Shown: positions 16,407-25,385 of the stretch, piece by piece | Layout: every line of letters begins with the position of its first letter | Numbering within the stretch: position 1 is the first letter of the stretch | Assembly: GCA_036389075.1 (NCBI GenBank) | Contig: DASVQO010000045.1 | Location: 1-42,358, forward strand | DNA from: Chloroflexia bacterium | GTDB taxonomy: Bacteria; Chloroflexota; Chloroflexia; QHBQ01; JADMIH01 | DNA: 42,358 bases | Direction of reading: 5' to 3' | Program-made: the position numbers and the translations under genes | The notes under the pieces: generated by a model | Seen by the model: only the letters and a program-made list of their open reading frames with translations | What the model was told of the DNA's origin: nothing | Database searches by the model: none

Positions 16407-17672
16407 ATGTCCGACACTCATCGCACAATTGAGGCAGTCTGGCGCATGGAGTCGGCCAAGCTCATCGGCGCCCTGGCGCGGATCGTGCGCGACGTCGGGC
16501 TGGCTGAAGAGCTGGCCCAGGACGCGTTAGTGATAGCGCTCGAGCGGTGGCCGGAGGCCGGCGTGCCCGACAAGCCGGGCGCCTGGCTTATGGCCACCGC
16601 GAAACACCGCGCGATCGACCGGCTGCGCCACATCAAGTTGGCCGAGCGCAAGCATGAAGAACTGGGCCGCGAGCTTGGACTCCGGCACGACCTGACCGAG
16701 GCCGATTTCGAGGCCGTGCTCGATGAAGGCGACCACGTGCAGGACGACCTGTTGCGCCTGATCTTCACGGCCTGCCACCCGGTGCTCTCGACCGAGGCGC
16801 GCGTTGCCCTCTCGCTTCGCCTGCTCGGCGGCCTGACTACCCCGGAGATAGCCCGCGCCTTTCTCGTGCCGGAGGCCACGGTGGCCCAGCGCATCGTGCG
16901 GGCCAAGCGGACGCTGGCGGAGGCGCGAGTGCCGTTTGAGGTGCCGAGCGGGGCCGCGCGAGCGGCACGCCTGGCGTCGGTGCTGGAGGTGATCTATCTC
17001 ATCTTCAACGAGGGCTACTCGGCCACGGCGGGCGACGACTGGATGCGCCCCGCGCTGTGCGAGGACGCGTTGCGCCTGGGCCGCATCCTGGCGGGGCTCA
17101 TGCCGGACGAAGCCGAGGTGCACGGGCTTGTCGCGCTGATGGAGCTACAGGCCTCGCGCGTGCGGGCGCGGACCGGGCCATCGGGCGCGCCCATTCTGCT
17201 CCTCGATCAAAACCGGGGCCGCTGGGACCAGCTACTCATCCGGCGAGGTCTAGCGGCGCTAGAGCGGGCGGAGAAGTTGGGCGGGGAGCTTGGCCCTTAT
17301 ACGTTGCAGGCGGCAATCGCCGCATGTCACGCGCGGGCGCACACCCCGGACGAGACGGACTGGGCGCGTATCGCCGCTCTCTACGACGCCCTTGCTCAGC
17401 TTGCGCCATCGCCCGTAGTGGAACTGAACCGGGCTGTGGCGCTATCGATGGCGTACGGTCCCGAAGTGGGGCTTGCGCTGGTGGATACCCTGGCCTCCGA
17501 GCCATCGCTCAAGACCTACCATCTCCTGCCGAGCGTGCGGGGCGATCTCCTCGCCAGGCTTGGCCGCTTCGATGAGGCTCGCGCGGAGTTCGAACGCGCG
17601 GCGGGCCTTACGCGCAACGCCCGCGAGCGCGAACTGCTCCTCGAACGCGCGCGAGCTGCCGGGCATGAGTGA
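16407..17672 (+). CDS. ECF sigma factor with a long C-terminal TPR-like extension (ECF42-type)
   Basis: 421 aa. The sigma-2 region reads DALVIALERWPE...AWLMATAKHRAIDRLR. The sigma-4 HTH reads LTTPEIARAFLVPEATVAQRIVRAKRTL. A helical extension of about 230 aa follows. No anti-sigma gene lies adjacent, and a DGPF gene sits immediately upstream. Confidence 0.85.
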   Translation: MSDTHRTIEAVWRMESAKLIGALARIVRDVGLAEELAQDALVIALERWPEAGVPDKPGAWLMATAKHRAIDRLRHIKLAERKHEELGRELGLRHDLTEADFEAVLDEGDHVQDDLLRLIFTACHPVLSTEARVALSLRLLGGLTTPEIARAFLVPEATVAQRIVRAKRTLAEARVPFEVPSGAARAARLASVLEVIYLIFNEGYSATAGDDWMRPALCEDALRLGRILAGLMPDEAEVHGLVALMELQASRVRARTGPSGAPILLLDQNRGRWDQLLIRRGLAALERAEKLGGELGPYTLQAAIAACHARAHTPDETDWARIAALYDALAQLAPSPVVELNRAVALSMAYGPEVGLALVDTLASEPSLKTYHLLPSVRGDLLARLGRFDEARAEFERAAGLTRNARERELLLERARAAGHE

Positions 17673-17750
17673 GCACTTCAACAACGTGCATAAACCTCTA
17701 CCAGCGTCGAGGACTTATTAGCGCCAGGATTGGCTCGCGCCGGGGTGACA

Positions 17751-18716
17751 CTAACCGAGCCTGGGCAGCACATCCTCTGCGTACTCACGTAAACCTTCTA
17801 TGTCGCCGGTCTGAAACCACTGGGTCATGATCTCCTGGACACCTTCCGAGGCATACCTGGCAATCTGCCCTGCAATAGCCTCCCCATCGCCCACCAACAC
17901 ATGGCGGTCGTCGCGCCAGAAGGCGATCTTCTCGTCAAGGGACATACCGGCCAGGCGCGGGCTGTTGAAAGGCGGCTTGTCCAGGCGCGCTTCGAGGTCT
18001 TGCCGGGTGCGGCCAAATATCACCATAGTCATGATCGAGCGCTTTACGTCCCCCGGCTGGCGGCCCTCCTGCTGAAGCAGCCCATCCAGGTAGGCAGACA
18101 TGTCGCGGAACTCCTCCACGGTAGGGTTTACGGCGTTCCACTGGCCCGCATAGCGAGCCACCAGGGGCAGAGTGCGCTTGCGGCCGCTGCCGCCAATCAG
18201 GAGCGTCGGTCCACCTTTGCGCTCCGGGCGCGGCAGTAAAATGGCGTCTTGCAGGCGGAAATAGCGTCCCTCGAAGCTAACGGGTCCGTCGCTGTTGAGC
18301 AGCAAGTGCACCACCTGCACTCCCTCCTCAAAGCGGTCCATCCTCTCCTTCATGCTCCCCAGGTGGTGCCCGAAGAGAGTGTGCTCGCGCTCCTGCCAGC
18401 CCGCGCCCAGCCCCAGCAGCATGCGCCCGCCGCTCAAGTCGTCAAGGGCCGCAGCCTGGCGAGCCAGCATGGTCGGCTCGCGGAAAGAGAGAGGAGCCAC
18501 CAGGGGGCCGAAGTGCAGGCGCTGAGTGCGGTCCGCGAGGTACGCCAGCGAGACCACCATCTCCAGCGAGTCCTTATCGGGCGGCTGTGCGTTGGTGTAG
18601 TGGTCGGAGCGAAACAGGCCCGAGAACCCCAGCGATTCGACCTCCTCCGCCTGGCTCTTCCAGGTGGCCCAGTTTACGCCGTCCTGCGCTTCGATCATTA
18701 TGGAAAGCTCGGTCAT
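17751..18716 (-). CDS. LLM-class (luciferase-like) flavin/F420-dependent oxidoreductase
   Basis: 321 aa. The patterns GFSGLFRSDHY, LGLGAGWQEREH and PRPERKGGPTLLIGGSG are typical of the luciferase-like monooxygenase family. Confidence 0.8.
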   Translation of the reverse strand: MTELSIMIEAQDGVNWATWKSQAEEVESLGFSGLFRSDHYTNAQPPDKDSLEMVVSLAYLADRTQRLHFGPLVAPLSFREPTMLARQAAALDDLSGGRMLLGLGAGWQEREHTLFGHHLGSMKERMDRFEEGVQVVHLLLNSDGPVSFEGRYFRLQDAILLPRPERKGGPTLLIGGSGRKRTLPLVARYAGQWNAVNPTVEEFRDMSAYLDGLLQQEGRQPGDVKRSIMTMVIFGRTRQDLEARLDKPPFNSPRLAGMSLDEKIAFWRDDRHVLVGDGEAIAGQIARYASEGVQEIMTQWFQTGDIEGLREYAEDVLPRLG

Positions 18717-18821
18717 ATTAGCCTCAGTCCTCCGGTTGGTGTTTCGTGTGGGCGTAGTTTTCCAGCAAGGTACGAAGGCTGCAAGAATTGAGCCGGGCCG
18801 CCCGCTGTCTTCCCCACGTAC

Positions 18822-21800
18822 TCAGCGGGCACCTCGTGCGGGTGTCTGGCAGTTGGGGAAGAAGGCGAGTGACACGAACTTGGAAGCCTGGCCTCGTGTC
18901 ACGAAGTTGGTGGGACGGAAGTAGCTGCCCGGGCACGGCTCGCCCGCGCCCCCACACGAGTAGCCGCCCACCACACCCCTGGTGGATAGCCGCTCTATGT
19001 ACTGCCAGAAGGTATCGGAGGTGGGTACGTCCGCGAAGCTCCGCTGGCCCGCAGGCACAGGCTCGTTGAACTCCGCCGCCAATGCCACAAATTTGGACAT
19101 CTGCCCCCTCGTGACAAGCGCCTCGGGCTGGAAGCAGGGCGCTCCCGTGGCGGGACACCTGTCCTGTGTGTTGTACCCGCTCACCACTCCCCTGGACGCA
19201 AGCCTCTGTATGAAGATATAGAAGGTGTGAGTGGCAGGTACGTCGGTGAAGGTCACTTCAGCGTGAGACTCGTCAAAGCCAGCCGCATTGCTCACGATCT
19301 TCGCCATCTGCCCCCGTGTGATGTTATCCCCCGGCCTGAAGCATGGCGCTCCCGTCTCCGGGCACCTGGAGGGCGAGGTGTAGCCTGAGAGTATCTCACG
19401 GCAGGCGAGGCATCGCACGTTCTCGTAGAAGTTGTTGGAGGGTGGTACGTCCGTGAACTCGATGGCGCATGGCGTCGCGGTGGCCCCTCCCGGCGGTGTA
19501 GCGGTCCGTGTGTATGTTGGCGTTGAGCTAGGGGGCGTGCCTGTTGCCGTCCGGGTAGCCGTGCCTGTGTGGGACGGTGTGGAGGTGCTAGTTGGCGTGG
19601 GGGTGGGAGCGGACACCAGGAAGCAAGGAGAGAACTCGGAGCTATTACCATCGGGGTCGATGGCCTTTGAGGTAATGTATTGCCCCACAGGCACCAGTTC
19701 GTCGAACGTCCTCGTGAAGCTCAAGCTATTGCCCGCGATGACTCCACCCAACTTGGTGGCCCCTTCGCCATGACCTGACGCGTCGCAAGTCACGCTACGG
19801 AAGATCTCGATATTGTACCCTGCCGGGTTACTATTACCCGTGCTGTCAAAGCTGCCTTCTACGGTCGTAGAGTTGCCAGTGGTAGTGACGCCGGTGAGTA
19901 TGGGGAAGTTTTGCAGGTTGTTGGGGCCTGTGTCTCCGTCTCCCGCATCGTTGGGTGTTACCCCATCGTTGCCCAGGTCTATCCCCAGGCCCGCGTTCGA
20001 GTGGGTGGTAGTGTCGAGGATCATGTTGCGGGTATCCTGGCCGCCGGTGAGAGACACCCCATCGCCCCCGTTGGAGTGAATGGAGTTGCTGTAGACCTTG
20101 TTACCGGTAGCGTAGTCGCCCGCGATAGTCACACCATCGCCGCCGTTATAGGCGATAGTATTGCCCTCCCCTTGCGAGGGGCCGCCAATCATGTGGTTGA
20201 TGGAGAACAGCGTGGGACTGCTCCCACCCTGTATGAGGACACCCGACTGTGAGTTGCCCAGGGCGCTGTTCCCCGACGCAGTTAGCCCAATAAGGTTACC
20301 GCGCACCGCGTTGTTCGACGTATCGTAGCTCAGGAGAACGCCGTGCCTGTTATTGCCGGAGATGACGTTAGGTGCCCCGGCACCACTTCCGCCTATCACG
20401 TTGCTACCGGCAATGCCCGTCACCGACGTCCCGGAAATCGTCACGCCATCCTGTGAGTTGCCCAGGTCCGCCGTGCCGGCCTTATCGGTGCCTATATAGT
20501 TCCCCTGCACCACGTTGCCGGGATAGGCACCGATGTAGATGCCGCTCGCATTGTTGCCGGAAATCAAGTTGCGTGCGCCCGGCGTCGTGCCCCCGATGGT
20601 GTTGGATGAACTGAGTGCAAACACCCCGTGCCTGCCATTCCCCAGGTCCTGGATGCCGCTGGAGTCGGTGCCGATGAAGTTCCCCTCGATCCTGGTGTTG
20701 AAGCCCCCGTTGTCGTCGTCACCCAGGCTGATACCATCACGGCCAAAGCGGCTGATGATAAGCCCACGCACCGTGCTACTGTGGGCGTGAACTCGCAGGC
20801 CATCTGTATTTGCGCCTGCCAGGCTGCCGTCCAGCAAGATGAGAGGCTGGGCATTGTTGCCGGTAGCCAGTGTGTTGGGGGCGCTCCCCGGCTGGGTATA
20901 GCCGTCTATCGTCAGTATGTCGCCTATGATAGGGAGCGGGCTTGCCGGAGTTATGGTATGCACACCGGTGCCCGCTATCGAAAAGCTGATACCGTCCGCA
21001 CCCCCGTTGCTGTTGGCATCGAGGAGGGCCTGGCGGAGGGAGTCGACACCGCTGTCGTTGGTATTAGCCACCTCGTAGTACACCCTGACGCAGTTGGAGA
21101 ACTCCGAGGTGCTGCCTGTGGGGTCAGTCATCGTGGCCGTGATGAATTGGCCTCCCAGTCCCGTCAGTGCGCGGTTATGGCTGAGGGTCAGGTTACCGCT
21201 CGAGTCGGTGAGCTGCAGGCCTGACTGGAAAAGGAAGGTCTGCCCCTCGCCATTACCTGACGCATCGCAGTAGTCGCTGGCGTAATACCTTACAGTGAAC
21301 AAAGTGTTTGGGGTGCCGTTGAAAGTGCCCTGGACAACAGTGTGGGAAGAATTGCTGGCGGCGAAAGTGAGCACTGGGAAGTTCTGCAGGTTGTTGGGAC
21401 CGGCGTCTGCGTCGAGTGCATCGTTGGCAGTCACGCCATTGCTTCCGAGCAGGTCTATTCCCTGGCCGCCGTTGGTGTGAATGGAATTTTGCAAGATTGC
21501 ATTGCGAACACTATCGTTAACAACGACAGCCACGCCGTCATCGCCGTTAAAGGCGATTACATTGCTCAGCGTGCCCGCGAAGGCGCTGTCGCCAACCGTG
21601 TTGCCTGAGGCGCTGGATATGTTGACACCCGTAAGGCTGTTCCCGAGGGCGGTGGTGCCGTCCCTCTTGGTGCCAACCAGGTTACCCTGCACCACATTGC
21701 CCAGGTTAGCTCCTGACGTTCCTGAGATGCTGATCCCGTAGGCGCCGTTGCCTGAGATGAGGTTGCGGGCCGCTGCCGTCGAACCCCCCACAGTGTTAGT

Positions 21801-22562
21801 CATGGAGCTAGAGATACTGATGCCCGAACCGGTGTTACCGAGGTCTGAGGTGCCGAAAGAATCGGTGCCGATGAAGTTCCCCTCTGTCCGGTTGCCGGAG
21901 CTTCCTGATAACTGTATCCCGTGCCGCGAAAAACGGTTGATGATAAGGCCCTTCACTGTGCTGTTGCCTGCCGTGATTGACAGACCGTCGGCGTTGGCCC
22001 CCGCCGCGCTTCCATTCAGCTCTATTAGGAGCGTGGCGCTGATAGCGCCGGGCGCAACCACTGTATTGGGGATGGAGCCAGGCTGAGTGTACCCATCGAT
22101 AGTTACGGGGCTGGTAATACCGGGAAGGGCGCTCTGCAGGTTTATGGTCTTGACGGCACCGGGCGTACCACCAATGTTGAAAGCTATGGTGTCCGCGCCC
22201 GCGTTGTTATTCGCATCTATAATGGCCTGGCGCAACGTGCCGGCTCCGCTGTCGGCGGTGGAGGTAACGGTAAAGGTTGTGGAGACAGACGGGGCCAGGA
22301 TGCCGTTCAACGTAGGTGCCTTCAACCTCGAACCGAGGATCCCCTGCCCGCTGTCCACTCGTCCCACCGCGCTGGAGAACCCGCTTGAACTTGATGGGAC
22401 CAGGGTCCTGGCTGTTGCGTGCTCGCCCAGCAAAAGGAGAGAGGATAGCAGCACCAAAACACCCGCCAGGATGAAAGCGGTATAGCGCCTGCGTCTGTGG
22501 TCAAGAGACTCTAATACCTTGTTCGAGACACCGTACTTTGCGTGCGCCCACTTTGCAGACAT
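18822..22562 (-). CDS. Large secreted parallel beta-helix protein with three C-terminal Cys-containing SLH-like repeats
   Basis: The start is set at ATG 22562, preceded by GAGGAG. The tracked start at 22649 adds 29 unlikely residues. A TM/signal segment (AFILAGVLVLLSSLLLLG) is present. Two modules of about 410 aa each open with T..DSG.G(T/S)LRQA..DAN.N.GAD.I.F.I and close with GPNNLQNFP(V/I)LT. A Pro/Thr linker follows, then 3x F.DVP....F(Y/W)..I..L..RG..(S/G)GY...C....PCFRP....TRGQ..K. Confidence 0.85.
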   Translation of the reverse strand: MSAKWAHAKYGVSNKVLESLDHRRRRYTAFILAGVLVLLSSLLLLGEHATARTLVPSSSSGFSSAVGRVDSGQGILGSRLKAPTLNGILAPSVSTTFTVTSTADSGAGTLRQAIIDANNNAGADTIAFNIGGTPGAVKTINLQSALPGITSPVTIDGYTQPGSIPNTVVAPGAISATLLIELNGSAAGANADGLSITAGNSTVKGLIINRFSRHGIQLSGSSGNRTEGNFIGTDSFGTSDLGNTGSGISISSSMTNTVGGSTAAARNLISGNGAYGISISGTSGANLGNVVQGNLVGTKRDGTTALGNSLTGVNISSASGNTVGDSAFAGTLSNVIAFNGDDGVAVVVNDSVRNAILQNSIHTNGGQGIDLLGSNGVTANDALDADAGPNNLQNFPVLTFAASNSSHTVVQGTFNGTPNTLFTVRYYASDYCDASGNGEGQTFLFQSGLQLTDSSGNLTLSHNRALTGLGGQFITATMTDPTGSTSEFSNCVRVYYEVANTNDSGVDSLRQALLDANSNGGADGISFSIAGTGVHTITPASPLPIIGDILTIDGYTQPGSAPNTLATGNNAQPLILLDGSLAGANTDGLRVHAHSSTVRGLIISRFGRDGISLGDDDNGGFNTRIEGNFIGTDSSGIQDLGNGRHGVFALSSSNTIGGTTPGARNLISGNNASGIYIGAYPGNVVQGNYIGTDKAGTADLGNSQDGVTISGTSVTGIAGSNVIGGSGAGAPNVISGNNRHGVLLSYDTSNNAVRGNLIGLTASGNSALGNSQSGVLIQGGSSPTLFSINHMIGGPSQGEGNTIAYNGGDGVTIAGDYATGNKVYSNSIHSNGGDGVSLTGGQDTRNMILDTTTHSNAGLGIDLGNDGVTPNDAGDGDTGPNNLQNFPILTGVTTTGNSTTVEGSFDSTGNSNPAGYNIEIFRSVTCDASGHGEGATKLGGVIAGNSLSFTRTFDELVPVGQYITSKAIDPDGNSSEFSPCFLVSAPTPTPTSTSTPSHTGTATRTATGTPPSSTPTYTRTATPPGGATATPCAIEFTDVPPSNNFYENVRCLACREILSGYTSPSRCPETGAPCFRPGDNITRGQMAKIVSNAAGFDESHAEVTFTDVPATHTFYIFIQRLASRGVVSGYNTQDRCPATGAPCFQPEALVTRGQMSKFVALAAEFNEPVPAGQRSFADVPTSDTFWQYIERLSTRGVVGGYSCGGAGEPCPGSYFRPTNFVTRGQASKFVSLAFFPNCQTPARGAR

Positions 22563-23063
22563 TGTAAACTCCTCAGCTATTCCGCGGGTCCCGGCTTGTG
22601 TGGTCACAAACAAGCTCTGCTGTTCAGAACGAATATATGGCGGAAGCAACCGTTATGAAAGTCCCTAATGTACGGGAACAGGGCAGCCCGGGCCAAGATC
22701 ACCTCGTCTATAGAGAAAAGGGATTCAGAGGCAACGCACAGAGCAATATGTCATGCAACGCCAAGACTGCCGGCTCTCTTAGTACCCGAAGATTGAGCAC
22801 GGTAGAGTCGCGTATGCGCGCCCAGGTAAAACCGATCGCACAAGGAGCAGATTCGGTAGCATCAAGTATAACCGACAAGCAGAGCTAATTTCAACAGCTA
22901 GATGGAGAAGCGTCTCGCAGGACCACATCAAAACCGGCAGGGGCTTCTGCTCCGGCAAAGGTTCAACCGGAATAGGGAGACGTCCTTAGGACATCCGCCC
23001 GAGAAGACGTACACTCCAGAGCCGCAACGTGATTGACGCCATAACTGAGTCCGACGCCAAACA

Positions 23064-23095
23064 AACAGCCCGTATGATAGCTCGTACGGGCTGTT
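23064..23095 (-). terminator. Stem-loop (11-bp stem, 10-nt loop) immediately 3' of the tRNA-like fragment
   Basis: aacagcccgta (23064-23074) pairs exactly with tacgggctgtt (23085-23095). On the minus strand it is followed by TGTTTGG, and on the plus strand by cttgtgcctattctttt. Confidence 0.55.
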
Positions 23096-23111
23096 CTTGT
23101 GCCTATTCTTT

Positions 23112-23141
23112 TGGCTGGGGCGCAAGGATTCGAACCTCAAC
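23112..23141 (-). pseudogene. tRNA-Gln-like 3' fragment (T-arm, 3' acceptor strand, G73 and CCA) with no 5' half
   Basis: The minus strand reads GTTGAGGTTCGAATCCTTGCGCCCCAGCCA: a GGTTCGAATCC T-loop, the acceptor 3' strand CGCCCCA, discriminator G and encoded CCA. This closely resembles the 3' end of E. coli tRNA-Gln (..GAGGUUCGAAUCCUCGUACCCCAGCCA, from memory). The matching 5' strand TGGGGCG is absent from the 220 nt upstream, and no canonical anticodon arm can be drawn. Confidence 0.5.
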
Positions 23142-23331
23142 TTAATATCCAACTCTGGATAGGGAGCCGTCCAGAGGCGTGCACAGGCGTCCATCACGTT
23201 GAGGTACCCGGAGAAGCTCTGCTGTTCTTGTCCACTGGGAACAGATATCGTCCACTCTATTAGCTGTCACGAACTGCGAAACGAGTTTGTGAGAGTGGAG
23301 AGGTGGTACTTTTACCTTGGACCTGTATGAT

Positions 23332-25242
23332 TCACCCACCAGCCCCACCAGGAGGGACGCCAGAAGTGTCTCCGGTACCTGCTTCCGTAGGAGGGGTCCC
23401 AAGCCGCTGTCCACGCTGAGGCTCGGCTGCCTCTAATCGCTTGCGAACTTGCGCTACGTAGGCCGCACGTGCACCTACTTCCCTGTGCTTATACTCTTGT
23501 AAAAACGCCAGACCCGCTTCTAACAGCGGAACAGCCTGCGCCAAATGGCCCAACTTGGCGTGCTCGTCACCCAGGTTCCAGCTGGCGACGGCTTCTCCAG
23601 CTTGGTCGCCTATCTCCCCGGCAATTTCAAGCTGCTGTTCGTAATAGGGGATGGCTTGCCGCGAGTCCCCCAGATCGACGTAAACGTTTCCCAGATTGCC
23701 GAGGGCGACACTTTCTCCATGACGGTCCTTCAATTCGCGGGCAATTTCAAGCTGTTGTTCGTAAAAGGCGATAGCCTGATGGGAGTCATCAAGTGCCGCG
23801 TAAGCGTTGCCCAAATAGCCCAAGGCACTACTCTCCAGTTGACGGTCTCCGATTTCCTGGGCGATCTCCAACTGTTGCTCGTGATAGGAGCGGACTTGTT
23901 GGAGTTCGCCCATAGCAGCGGAGGCACGCCCCAGGGTGCCGAGGACCTTAGCTTCCCCAAGACGATCCCCGAATTCGCGGGTGACATCTAACAACTGCTC
24001 GTGGTAAGTGATAGTCCCGCGAGCATCTCCCAGGGCCATATGGGCGGTCCCCAGGATGCTGAGGGAGTTGCCTTCAGCGGCCCTGTTGCCGAAGTCCCGC
24101 GCTATCTTGAGGGCCTCGCTCGCATACTCTATGGCTTCTCGAACATCTCCCTGCAGAAGATGGGCACGGCTCATGTTGTCCAGCGCACTTCCTTCGCTAC
24201 GGCGGTCCGCAATGTCTCTCGCAATCTGGAGCCATTGCTCGTAGTAACCAATGGCTCGGGCGGTGTCACCTAGGGCCTCATAGGCCACTCCCAGGCTACC
24301 TAGGTCCTGGCCTTCAGCGCGGCGGTCTCCTATATTGCGGCTGACCTTCAGGGCGCGCTCATGGTAGGCAATGGCTCGCAGGAAATCTCCCAGGTCGGCG
24401 TAAGCGTTCCCAAGGTTTCCGAGGGCGTTACCTTCACCCCGCCGGTCCCCCAGTTCGCTCATGATAAGGAGCGCTCGTTCAGAGTGGGTAATTGCCTGCC
24501 AAGGGTCACCCAGTTCTGCGTAGGCCAGGGCGAGGTTCCCATGGGCGTTACCCTGGCCCCTGCGATCTCCCAATTCCTCTGCGATAGCAAGCGCCTGTTG
24601 GGAGCAAGTTATAGCCTGTTGAGGGTTTCGCAGGTCTGTATAGACCAGCCCCAGGTTGCCCAAGGCACCGGCTTCGCCGGCCCGATCCCCGATCTCACGT
24701 GCAATTACCAGGTGCTGCTCAAAACAGCTACGGGCTTGTTGAGGGTCGCCCATAGCCGTGTACGCCAGGCCGAGGTGGCCTAGTGCCACGCCTTCCCCAT
24801 GCCGGTTGCGGGCCGCACGAGCAAGCGCAAGGTGCTCCTGGTGATATTTGATAGCCCTATGTATATCGCCCAGCGCCAGGTAGGCGCTTCCCAGACTGCT
24901 CAGAAACCCACCCTCTGCCAAATTGCGCCCCAACCGCCGGGCGGCTGCCAGCGCGGCTTCGAGTTGGGAGATTCGCTCCTGCCGTTTGTCGTAGCGAACG
25001 TCCCCAATGTACGCAGTTCGGGTGGCATAGATGATCAACAAGTTATCTATGTCCGTATTCGTTCCAGGCGGTTGTGCAAGGAGCCAAGCCCAACCCATGT
25101 CTATCTGAGCGCGCTCCCCATCAAACTGCGCCAGTCCCGCGCGTTGTTCCGCGCCGCCCGCGCGGTATTGAACGTCCGCCTGAGCCACCACCTCAGCATA
25201 ATGCATCGCGACGCGACGGCCCGCCTCATAAGCACTCGGCAT
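23332..25242 (-). CDS. Tetratricopeptide-repeat protein (about 12 TPR units of 40 aa); sensor-arm half of a split STAND NTPase
   Basis: 636 aa. It has its own strong RBS (GAGGAGG, then 9 nt, then ATG). The N-terminus (HYAEVVAQADVQYRAGGAEQRAGLAQFDGERAQIDMGWAWLL) is the linker normally found directly after the NB-ARC winged helix. Reiterated units of the form GDRRGEG.ALGNLG.AY..LGD...AI.Y.EQ.L.IAREIGD follow. Confidence 0.85.
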   Translation of the reverse strand: MPSAYEAGRRVAMHYAEVVAQADVQYRAGGAEQRAGLAQFDGERAQIDMGWAWLLAQPPGTNTDIDNLLIIYATRTAYIGDVRYDKRQERISQLEAALAAARRLGRNLAEGGFLSSLGSAYLALGDIHRAIKYHQEHLALARAARNRHGEGVALGHLGLAYTAMGDPQQARSCFEQHLVIAREIGDRAGEAGALGNLGLVYTDLRNPQQAITCSQQALAIAEELGDRRGQGNAHGNLALAYAELGDPWQAITHSERALLIMSELGDRRGEGNALGNLGNAYADLGDFLRAIAYHERALKVSRNIGDRRAEGQDLGSLGVAYEALGDTARAIGYYEQWLQIARDIADRRSEGSALDNMSRAHLLQGDVREAIEYASEALKIARDFGNRAAEGNSLSILGTAHMALGDARGTITYHEQLLDVTREFGDRLGEAKVLGTLGRASAAMGELQQVRSYHEQQLEIAQEIGDRQLESSALGYLGNAYAALDDSHQAIAFYEQQLEIARELKDRHGESVALGNLGNVYVDLGDSRQAIPYYEQQLEIAGEIGDQAGEAVASWNLGDEHAKLGHLAQAVPLLEAGLAFLQEYKHREVGARAAYVAQVRKRLEAAEPQRGQRLGTPPTEAGTGDTSGVPPGGAGG

Positions 25243-25385
25243 AGGGTGACACCTCCTCAGGCCTGGGAGACCTACCCGACAATTGCTGTGACGTTCCTGC
25301 TAGGGTGTGCATACCGGTGCTGAGTCGGGTGGTAAGATGGGTGCTAACCATAGCAAGCCCATCATGTGATTTCCGATACATCTAC

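Noticed and set aside
22563-23197. ORFs 22598-22888 (+) and 22928-23197 (-), and the 29-codon N-terminal extension of the beta-helix protein.
   Set aside because: They have no RBS and odd composition. The minus-strand ORF runs through the tRNA-like fragment and the terminator hairpin. The region is better read as the promoter and 5'-UTR of the large surface-protein gene plus the tRNA remnant.
23112-23520. An intact tRNA, an intron-containing tRNA, or a tmRNA ending at 23112.
   Set aside because: No TGGGGCG 5' acceptor strand, D-arm or 7-nt anticodon loop lies within 220 nt upstream. No GGGG..GGTTTCGAC tmRNA 5' end or tag-ORF pattern is present. Anything longer would run into the TPR CDS. I therefore kept it only as a 3' fragment.
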